The translations under genes were made by a program, and so were the position numbers. The notes beneath the pieces are model-generated. The model worked only from the letters and a program-made list of their open reading frames with translations. It was not told the origin of the DNA and did no database searches. A stretch of DNA of 51,795 nt from an uncultured Myxococcales bacterium (GTDB lineage Bacteria > Myxococcota_A > UBA9042): assembly GCA_903869075.1 (NCBI GenBank), contig CAIPXZ010000327.1, positions 1 to 51,795 of the forward strand. The letters are read 5' to 3'. Below, in pieces: positions 31,101-38,500 of the stretch; position 1 is the stretch's first letter, and each line of letters starts with the position of its first letter.

Positions 31101-31746
31101 CTGGATCGTCGGTGGCGACGGCTGGGCGTATGACATCGGCTACGGCGGCTTGGACCACGTGCTGGCCAGCGGACGGGACGTCAACGTGCTCGTGCTGGAC
31201 ACGGAAGTGTACTCGAACACCGGCGGCCAGGCGTCCAAAGCCACGCCGATGGGCGCGGCGGCGCGGTTTGCCACGGCCGGCAAGGCGATGGCCAAGAAGG
31301 ATCTCGGGCTGATGGCGATGAGCTACGGCCACGTCTACGTCGCGCGGGTCGCGCTGGGCGCCAAGGACGCGCACACGGTGCGGGTGATGCAGGAGGCAGA
31401 GTCGTACCACGGCCCGTCGCTTGTGATTGCCTACAGCCACTGCATCGCCCATGGCTATGACCTGAGCGAGGCGCTGGAACACCAGGAAACTGCTGTACAA
31501 TCGGCGTATTGGCCGCTGCACCGCTTTGATCCGCGACGCCAAGCGGCGGGCGAGAACCCGCTGAAGCTGGACTCACCGCCGCCGAAGAAGACGTTGGCGG
31601 AATTCGTCAGCCACGAGAACCGCTTCAAGCAGACTGAAGTCCGTGATCCCAAACACTTTGCCGAGATGATGGACGAGGCGCAGCACGCGCTGAACCGCCG
31701 CTACGCGCTCTACGAGCACCTCAGCAAGCTGGCGGTCAGCGAGTAG
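28195..31746 (+). CDS. nifJ: pyruvate:ferredoxin (flavodoxin) oxidoreductase, single-polypeptide type
   Basis: 1183 aa from ATG 28195 (GGAGG upstream; ATG 28168 also possible). N-terminus MHKPAYITVDGNEATALVAHKL. Two ferredoxin motifs, CIQCNKCALVCPHAAI and CTGCELCVHMCP. TPP site GGDGWAYDIGYGGLDHV..VLVLDTEVYSNTGGQ. Confidence 0.93.
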   Translation: MHKPAYITVDGNEATALVAHKLNEIIVIYPITPSSTMGELCDEWSANGRQNLWGAVPEVTEMQSEAGAAGAVHGALQVGVLATTFTASQGLLLMIPNMYKIAGELTPFCMHVAARTLATHALSIFGDHSDVMACRQTGFAMLASGSVQEAHDFAAIGQAATLRSRVPFLHFFDGFRTSHEVAKIAALTDADLRALIDADAIAAHRARALTPDHPSVRGTAQNPDAFFQAREAGNRFTDACPQIVRESMAHFAALTGRVYQPFDYFGHPEAERVIVVMGSGAETVRETVDWLVARGHKVGVVQVRLYRPFAIADFAKVLPATTQRIAVLDRTKEPGAPGEPLYLDVVAALAALRRDGEGLLHEPLVVGGRYGLSSKEFTPAMVDAIFRELQKPKPRHGFTVGIVDDVTFLSLAVDPAFSIEAEDVVGAVFFGLGADGTVGANKNSIKIIGEETDRFAQGYFVYDSKKSGAMTISHLRFGPRPIRAPYLVKQAHFVACHHMTFLDKYDVLGYAAPGGVFLLNSAHNAAEIWHHLSAEVQQELIDKRLTFYVIDAHKVAQETGMGARINTIMQTCFFAISGVLPRDEAIGHIKHSIEKSYKKKGADVVKKNFAAVDHTLKHLETVHVPGLATSPRHLPPIVDSHAPDFVQRVTAVMMADKGDALPVSAFPIDGVWPMGTTQWEKRNIALEIPVWHTSVCIQCNKCALVCPHAAIRAKVFDPSYAEGAPPTFKTMDYRGLEFRGDKYTIQVAPEDCTGCELCVHMCPAVDKQTGQRALEMVPQPELRAAEHANFAHFLAIPEPDRLKVKIDVKGSQFLQPLFEFSGACSGCGETPYVKLLTQLFGDRLLIANATGCSSIFGGNLPTTPYTTNAAGQGPAWANSLFEDNAEFGLGFRLAVDQHALHAQALVQELIGVADEDLARGLLTADQSSEQGLADQRTRVATLKERLLAHPTGTSRRLWQIADFLVKKSVWIVGGDGWAYDIGYGGLDHVLASGRDVNVLVLDTEVYSNTGGQASKATPMGAAARFATAGKAMAKKDLGLMAMSYGHVYVARVALGAKDAHTVRVMQEAESYHGPSLVIAYSHCIAHGYDLSEALEHQETAVQSAYWPLHRFDPRRQAAGENPLKLDSPPPKKTLAEFVSHENRFKQTEVRDPKHFAEMMDEAQHALNRRYALYEHLSKLAVSE

Positions 31747-31754
31747 CGGCTGGA

Positions 31755-34424
31755 CTAGTTCGGCACGGCGAGGCACTGACCCGCGGTCTGGCACGTGTAC
31801 TGGACCGGCGAGGCGCTGCCGCTGTTGCAGCTCTCGCCGTTGCTCAGGATGATCCACCCGTACTGGCTGGGGAATTTGCCGGCGCAGACGCGGCAGGAGT
31901 CGTTGCCAGCGATGCCGGCGTAGGCGCCATCGGCGATGCACTTGCCGTCGATGAGGCACGTCGCGGCGGCGAGGTTGTGCTGGCACACGCCGCTGCTGCA
32001 GACGTCGGTCGTGCAGCTGATGCCGTCGCTGCAGTCGCCGTCGGTTGTGCAGTCCGGCACGTGCTGGACGGTGACCTGTACGACGATCTCACAGGAATTG
32101 TTCGGCTCGCCGGCGACGGGTGGCAGGTCGTAGAGCGTCGCCGTCGCCGTGCCGGTGCCCTTGCCGGCGCCGTAGGTGATGATGCTTGTCTCGACGGACG
32201 TCACGCCGTAGTTGGCATCGACGCTGACCGAGCAGCTGGCTTCCACGTTGCTGACGATGCTGCCGATCTGCGTCGCGGTGCCGCCGGGCGCGTAGTCGCA
32301 GCCGCCGATGAAGTTCATCGGGTGCGGCTTGCCGGTCTTGGTGTAGCCGACGTTGGCGCGCGGTTCCACAAGCTGGATGATGGCGTTGCAGGTCGTGGAC
32401 ACGGTCTTTGTCGTCACCGTCCAGTTGCCGCCGGTGTAGAACGCCGGCTTGGTGCTGGCGTCACACGTCGGCAGCGCGCAGACCTTGCCGTTGGCGAGCG
32501 GCGCGGTCGGCGGCCACGGGTCCACGCAGGTGCCGCTGGCGCAGGTGCCGGCGGTGCCGCAGGAGAACGTCTCGTTGGCGACGCTCCAGCTGTTGCTGCT
32601 GGCGGTGGCGCTGCAGGCGAGGCAGGCGTTGCTCGGGTTGCCCTGGCCGTCGCTGTAGCAGGTGCCGTCGACAAGGCAGTTGCCGGCGGTGACGGTGTGC
32701 GTGCAGGCGTGCGTCGTCGGGTCGCACACGTCGCCGGTGCAGGCTTTGCCGTCGTCGCACTGGCCGTTGTTCAGGCACTGCGGCACGGTGCCAGCGCAGA
32801 CGCCGGCGGTGCAGGTGTCGCCAATCGTGTTGGCGTTGCCGTCATCGCAGCTCGTCGCCGAGAGCTTGGTGTTGACGCAACCGGCCGTCGGGTCGCAGGA
32901 ATCCGCGGTGCAGGCGTTGCCGTCATCGCACTTGCTGCCGGAAATGTCGCTGTGGCTGCACGCCAAGATCGCGGAGTTGCCGGCCGCGGGATCGCAGCTG
33001 TCGTTGGTGCAAACGTTGTTGTCGCTGCACGGCGTGCCGGCGGCGCCGGTGCAGGTCGTGACGTCGCAGGCGTCGGCGACGGTGCAGAAGTTGCCGTCAT
33101 CGCAGGCGATGGCGCCAGCAGCGGTGTGGAGGCAGCCCTTCTTGCTGTCGCAGGCGTCCACGGTGCAGGCGTTGCCGTCGTCGCAGCCGCCGTTGTTCGC
33201 CGTGCCGCTGCAGGCGCCGCCAGCGCAGGCGTCGGCGGTCGTGCAGGTCACGCCGTCGTCGCAGCTGACGGCGTTGTTGGTCGTGGTGCAGGCGCCGGAC
33301 AGGTCGCAGCCGTCGTCGGTGCACGCGTTGCCGTCGTCGCAGACTTTGGCGCTGCCGGTGCAGGTGCCGGTGCCGCAGTTGTCGCCCACGGTGCAGGCGT
33401 TGCCGTCGTCGCACGTCACGCTGGCGGGCAGCGCGACCGTCACGCAACCCTTCGTCTTGTCGCAGGAATCGGTGGTGCAGGCGTTGCCGTCGTCGCAGAC
33501 GATGGCGGTGTTGCTGCAGAACATGTTGGTGCATGTGTCGGTTGTGCACGCGCTTTTGTCATCGCAATCGGCATCGGCGGCACAATCGGGCGCGCTGAAG
33601 CCGCTGCAGGCGCTGAGCGCTTTGCCGCATTTTTGCGCGGAGCAGGAAATGCACGCCGGGTCGGTCACGGTGGCGCTGATGAAGTTCGAGCATTCCGACA
33701 CGCAAGACGTCGACACACAGACCGACAAGTCGCCGAAGCAATCCGCGCATTGGGACGCCATCGGGTAGGTTTGGGCGATGCAAGTGGCCATGCACGCTTT
33801 GTCCAAGGTGTTGGTGATCGGCGCGCCCGCCGGCTTGCAGGCACCGGTGCCGCACGTGCCCAGCGCGGTGACAAAAGCGATGTTCGTCGTCGAATCCCAC
33901 TCCCCTTTGCTGCAGTTGGTCGCGGACCCGGTGTCACCAGCGGTGTCGCCGCTCGCGTCGCCGCCGGCGTCCGTGGCGGTCACGTCGGATGTGTCGTCGA
34001 CGGTGTCCGTGCACGTGCCGTTGCCGGCGCAGATGCCCTTTTTGCAGTAGTCGTTCTGGGTGCACGGGTCGCCGTCGTCGCAGGGACCGGCGTTCTGCGG
34101 GTTGCTGCACACGCCCTTGGCGCAGATGTTGTCGGTACACGGGTCGTTGTCGTTGCACTCGGAGTTCGTCGTACACTGCGGCGCGACGTCGGGCGGCACA
34201 TCGTCAGACACCTCGGCCACGTCAGTCTTGGACGCTGTGTCCTGGGTATCCTTGCCAACATCGGCTGCGGCGTCCGAGGCCGTCACGCTGTCGTCCACGC
34301 CCACATCGGCGGCGACGTCGTCACCCGGCTGCGTCGCTGGGTTCGTGCCACCGCACGCTGCGAGCGCCAACACAGCGGCCACGAGCATCAAGCGTTTGTC
34401 CAGCAAATTCAAGGCAATCTTCAT
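31755..34424 (-). CDS. Cys-rich repeat lipoprotein A (slime-mold-type CDDGNxCTxDxC repeats)
   Basis: 889 aa from ATG 34424. Lipobox in MKIALNLLDKRLMLVAAVLALAA|CGG, then an acidic D/V/A tether. I hand-count at least 14 copies of C-[DS]-D-x-x-x-C-T-x(1,2)-D-x-C (main array ~32679-33584). A ~150-aa non-repeat module lies near the C-terminus. Confidence 0.85.
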   Translation of the reverse strand: MKIALNLLDKRLMLVAAVLALAACGGTNPATQPGDDVAADVGVDDSVTASDAAADVGKDTQDTASKTDVAEVSDDVPPDVAPQCTTNSECNDNDPCTDNICAKGVCSNPQNAGPCDDGDPCTQNDYCKKGICAGNGTCTDTVDDTSDVTATDAGGDASGDTAGDTGSATNCSKGEWDSTTNIAFVTALGTCGTGACKPAGAPITNTLDKACMATCIAQTYPMASQCADCFGDLSVCVSTSCVSECSNFISATVTDPACISCSAQKCGKALSACSGFSAPDCAADADCDDKSACTTDTCTNMFCSNTAIVCDDGNACTTDSCDKTKGCVTVALPASVTCDDGNACTVGDNCGTGTCTGSAKVCDDGNACTDDGCDLSGACTTTNNAVSCDDGVTCTTADACAGGACSGTANNGGCDDGNACTVDACDSKKGCLHTAAGAIACDDGNFCTVADACDVTTCTGAAGTPCSDNNVCTNDSCDPAAGNSAILACSHSDISGSKCDDGNACTADSCDPTAGCVNTKLSATSCDDGNANTIGDTCTAGVCAGTVPQCLNNGQCDDGKACTGDVCDPTTHACTHTVTAGNCLVDGTCYSDGQGNPSNACLACSATASSNSWSVANETFSCGTAGTCASGTCVDPWPPTAPLANGKVCALPTCDASTKPAFYTGGNWTVTTKTVSTTCNAIIQLVEPRANVGYTKTGKPHPMNFIGGCDYAPGGTATQIGSIVSNVEASCSVSVDANYGVTSVETSIITYGAGKGTGTATATLYDLPPVAGEPNNSCEIVVQVTVQHVPDCTTDGDCSDGISCTTDVCSSGVCQHNLAAATCLIDGKCIADGAYAGIAGNDSCRVCAGKFPSQYGWIILSNGESCNSGSASPVQYTCQTAGQCLAVPN

Positions 34425-34501
34425 CACAAACTCCGTTCCAGGGGCCCAATCGAGTCTCGTAAGGCGCGGCAATCCCACGCAAAGCCGACGCAGCGCGCGG
34501 G

Positions 34502-34530
34502 ATCATACGAGCGCAAACGGGGATGCGCAA
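34502..34530 (-). promoter_or_regulatory. candidate sigma70-type promoter (and dyad) for lipoprotein A
   Basis: Minus strand reads TTGCGC (34530-34525), a 17-nt spacer, then TATGAT (34507-34502), ~75 nt upstream of ATG 34424. The dyad GCGCA-N8-TGCGC (34511-34528) overlaps the -35 element. Confidence 0.35.
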
Positions 34531-34553
34531 CAACTTGGCGGAAACGCCGCTGG

Positions 34554-35465
34554 CTACGGCAGGTCGTCCGCCGGGACAAAGCCGACGGTGCCTTCGATCA
34601 GCTCGCGGATCAGCGCCACCGCCGCGCGCGTCCGCGGCGTCCCCGCCCGCACTTCCGGGATCGCCAGCCGCACCGCGCAGGACCGCCCGACGAGCGTGTT
34701 GAGCACGGGCACCAGCCCGTCCGACTCCACGCTCACCTGCACCGGCGGGTTCGGCAGCAGCCCGATGCCCACGCCCGCCGCCACAAGCATCCGCAACAGG
34801 TGAATGTCCGAGCCGACGACCGCCGGCTTGACCGGCACCAGCCCGCCGGCGCGCATCGGCAGCGAACGCCCGTCCTCGCCCGGCGCGCGCCAAACCAGCA
34901 GCGGATGCGCCTCCAGCTCAGCCAGCGTCCGCGGCGTGCCGTGCTCCGCCAGGTACTCCGGCGACGCGAGCAGCTGCTCGTCCAGCGTCATCAGCAGCTG
35001 CGTGCGGAACGGCCCACGCGGCACCGACGGGCCGAAATGCAGCACCAGATCGACGTCCGCCGGCAGCTGCGCCAGCGGATCCTCGGCGAAGCTCAGGTGC
35101 ACCGGCACCTGCGGATGGCGCTCGCGGAACAAGCCCATCAGCATCCCCAGGAGCTCCGGCGGCGGTCCAACCGGCACGCGCAGGTGCAGCTCGCCCGACG
35201 GCACGTTCATCTCGTCGCGCACCGAGCTCGGCAGCGCCCGCAGCTGGTTCACAAGCGCCCGCGCCCGCTCCGCCAGCGCCGTGCCCGCCGCCGTCGCTTC
35301 GGCGCCATCGCGCGTCCGCGTCAGCAACGCCACGCCGAATTCCTGCTCCAGCGCGTCCAACTTGGCGCGCACTGTCGAGCGCGGCAGCTTCAGCGCGTCC
35401 GCCGCACCGAGCACAGAGCCGTGATCCACGATGGCCAAGAAGGCCTGTAGCTGGTCAATATCCAT
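34554..35465 (-). CDS. LysR-family transcriptional regulator
   Basis: 303 aa from ATG 35465. HTH start MDIDQLQAFLAIVDHGSVLGAADALKLPRSTVRAKLDALEQEFGVALLTR, then a periplasmic-binding-fold-like effector domain. The track ORF's upstream 155 aa are Arg-rich junk. Confidence 0.9.
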   Translation of the reverse strand: MDIDQLQAFLAIVDHGSVLGAADALKLPRSTVRAKLDALEQEFGVALLTRTRDGAEATAAGTALAERARALVNQLRALPSSVRDEMNVPSGELHLRVPVGPPPELLGMLMGLFRERHPQVPVHLSFAEDPLAQLPADVDLVLHFGPSVPRGPFRTQLLMTLDEQLLASPEYLAEHGTPRTLAELEAHPLLVWRAPGEDGRSLPMRAGGLVPVKPAVVGSDIHLLRMLVAAGVGIGLLPNPPVQVSVESDGLVPVLNTLVGRSCAVRLAIPEVRAGTPRTRAAVALIRELIEGTVGFVPADDLP

Positions 35466-35587
35466 GGGTTCCCGCAGCGCGGCCCGATACGCGCTGTGGG
35501 ACTTCGCGTACCGCCGCGCGCGCGCGAAGTCAAGCCAGGCCTGCCAACGCCGCGCTTGTCCAAGCAAGATCGGGTGCATGGTCGGAC

Positions 35588-38500
35588 CTACTGGCACACG
35601 CCGGCGCTGCAGGTCTTCGCCGCGCCGCAAGCGACGCCATCGGGCAGCGCGGTGTGGCTGCACAAGCCGGCGTTCGTGGCGAGGCAGACGTCCGCGGTGC
35701 ACGGGTTGGCGTCGTCGCACAGCGCCTCGGTCTGGCCGCCGCAGCTGCCGCTGTCGGCGCAGGTGACGTTGCCCCAGGTGTCGAGCTTGACGATCCAGCC
35801 GTCGCCCCAGCCTTTTTGGTCGTCGATGCCAGCAAGGACAAAGCCGTCGGTGGCGGTGGCGACCGCGGCGAGGCTGCACGTGCCTGTTGCGTTCGTGGTG
35901 TCCGCCGGCCTGGGGATGGCTTTTTGCCACAGCAGGTTGCCGTTCAGGTCCGTGCGGACGACGTAGCCTTCGCGGGCGGGCGCGCCAAAGCCGTCCGTCG
36001 CGCCGGCGAGGATCAGGCCGTCGCCGGTGGCGGTGATGCCGCTGCCGAAGTCATCCGCGGTCGAGCCGTAGGTCTTTTGCCACAAGACGTTGCCATTGGC
36101 GTCGAGGGCGACAAGCCAGACCTTGCTTGTCGCGGTCGGACTGGCGACGTAGCTGCCCACGACGTACAAAGTACCTGCAACTTCAACGATCTTGCCGAAG
36201 CTTGTGCCGAGGCTTGTCGTGGAGTTGAGATCGCCGGCGATGCGCTTGTCCCACAGTTTGGCGCCGCTTGCGTCGGTGCGCACGACCCAGCCGCCGTTGT
36301 CCGCGCGTCCGGCCATGACGATGTCGCCGTTGGCGGCGACGATAACGCCAGCACAGCTCTGGTAGTAGCTCGCCGGATCATAAAAATTGTGTGATTTAGC
36401 GTTGTTGCCGCTCGTGTCCGTCGTGAGGAGCCAGAAGTTTTCATCGCCGCCCAGCAAGGACGAAGACGTGCCGCCGCAAGCCACGTAGCCGCCGGGCCGC
36501 GTTGCGATGGCGTGCAACTCGTCCTGGCCGGTGCCACCGTAGGTCTTCTTCCACAGCATTGTCAGGCCGTCGGCGGCGACCGCGTAGAGGACGCCATCGT
36601 CGTGCGTCTGGTCGACGCCTGTGTTGCCGGCGAAGGTCCAGCCGCTGCCCGCCGCGACGACGTCGTGCAACTCGTCAAAGCCGCCGAGGTCGACGACGTT
36701 GCCCGCGTCGCCGTTCGCGTCGCTATTGAGAATGGTGCCGCCCAAGTCCGTGACAACCATCCACAAGTTGTCGGTGCCATGCGCCCGGCCGGCGAACGCG
36801 TAGCCGGTGGCGCTGACCGCGATGCCGCTCAAGCCGGCGTAGTAGTCAAAGCCCAGCGCGTGGCTGAAGGTCGATTTGTGGCCCGCGGCGCACGCGCCAG
36901 CCTTGCAGCTGTCCTGGAGCGTGCACGGGCTGCCGTCCTCGCACCTCAGGCCGTCGCTGACCGCCGTCGATTTGCAGCCGCCGTTGGCGTCGCAGACATC
37001 GAGCGTGCAGAGGTTGACGTCGTCGCAGTAGGCGCCAGAGGCGAAATTGACATGGCTGCACACGCCGGCGCTGCAGGCGTCATTGGTGCACAGGTTGCCG
37101 TCGCCGCAGTCGCTGGGACTCTTGCCCGCGCAGTCGCCCGACGCGGCGCACGTGCTGTTGCCAAAGCTGTCAAGGCGCACGAGGTAGCCCTGTCGGCCGT
37201 CGCTGCCGTCCTGCGCGCCACCGATCCACACACCTTGCGGCGTGGAAGCAACGGACTGGCCGAGCGCGAACAGGTCACCGGCCTTCGGATCCTTTTCCCA
37301 GAGCGTGTTGCCAGCCGTGTCCAGCCGCACCGCAAAGAGCCCGGACGGGGCGATTTGGTTGTAGCCCGAGACCAACATACCGTCGCTCAAGGTCAAGGCC
37401 CCAATTCCCTTCTTGGCGTTGTTCAGGCCGCCGACCTCGCGCATCCACAGTGGCGCGCCGTCGACTCCCAAGCGGTGCATGAACAGGGCGAAAGCGATGT
37501 CCGTGTTGGAGAAAGCGTTGACGACGACGTTGAAGCTGCCGTCGGGCAGCGCCGCGACGCCCATCAGCGTGCTGCTTGCGGACTTGCCGTCGTCGAACAG
37601 CTGGCCCCACAGCTTGTTGCCGTAGCTGTCGACGCCGATGGCGTAGCCCGCGGTGCCGCAACAGCCCGTGGGCACGTTGCCGCCGAGAATCCAGCCGCCG
37701 CTGGTGATCGGTGCGAGGCTTGTGATCTCCAAGTTGGCGGGAGAATTGTACGTATAGGTGTTCTTGAGGGTGCCGTCGCTGTGGAGCCGGGTCAGCGTGT
37801 TTCCGCCCACCGTGGCGTAACCCTCGCCGTCGACGATGATCGCGTTCTCGCCCGAGGCAACGTTGGTGCTCTGGACCAGGCCGCCATCCGCGACGGCGAG
37901 CGCAAGAAACCACGAAGCGCCGCTCTTGCTGGCCTGATGGCCGATGAACGCGACCGTGCCGACGTCGCGCACGCCGGCGTTGAGAATGTCGTCGCCCGGC
38001 GTGGCAAAGGTCTGGCTCCACAACGTGTTGCCGAGGGTGTCCAGCCGGCTGACCGTGGTGTCGATGCCAGCGCTGCCGCCGTTCATGCTCTGCACCGCCA
38101 TGATAACCCCGCCATCGTCCAGCCCCACGACGGCGGAGACCAAGTGCTCGACGGTGGCGCCGTACGTCTTGCTCCACAGCGTCGCGCTGCCCGTGCACAC
38201 GCCCGCGCTGCACGCGTCATTGACGGTGCAGACCGTGCCGTCGCTGCACGCGCTGCCGTCGCTCTTCGTCGGGTTGCTGCAGCTGCCGCTCGTGGTGTCG
38301 CAGGTGCCGGCGGCGTGGCACGTGTCGCTGGCGGTGCAGGTCTTGGCGGTCCCGGCGACGCACGCGCCGGACTGGCACGTGTCGGCCACCGTGCACGCAT
38401 TGCCGTCGCTGCAGGTCGCGCCGTTGGTCTTCCCCGGGTTGCTGCACGTGCCGCTCGTCGTGTCGCAGCTGCCGACGGCGTGGCACTGGTCGCTGGCGGT

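Noticed and set aside
32679-33584. Recurring DNA word gtgcaggcgttgccgtc(g/a)tcgca at irregular ~70-120-bp intervals (also 38.2-39.4 kb), which superficially looks like a repeat-spacer array
   Set aside because: The copies are in frame and encode the CDDGNAC(T) core of the protein repeats. Their spacing is variable, and they lie inside long ORFs with signal peptides. This is not a CRISPR array.
31977-35450. 1157-aa + strand ORF across lipoprotein A and the LysR gene
   Set aside because: It is antisense to two genes with clear signatures, and its translation is a Gly/Ala/Arg/Val monotone. The same reasoning applies to 36512-39358 (+, 948 aa), 39202-40830 (+), 21204-22769 (+), 25425-27377 (+), 40682-42679 (+) and 27910-29382 (-).
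35515-35526. (CG)6 alternating tract between lipoprotein B and the LysR gene, with a TTGACT hexamer nearby
   Set aside because: Short CG runs are expected by chance at this GC content. No acceptable -10 element lies at 16-19 nt from TTGACT.
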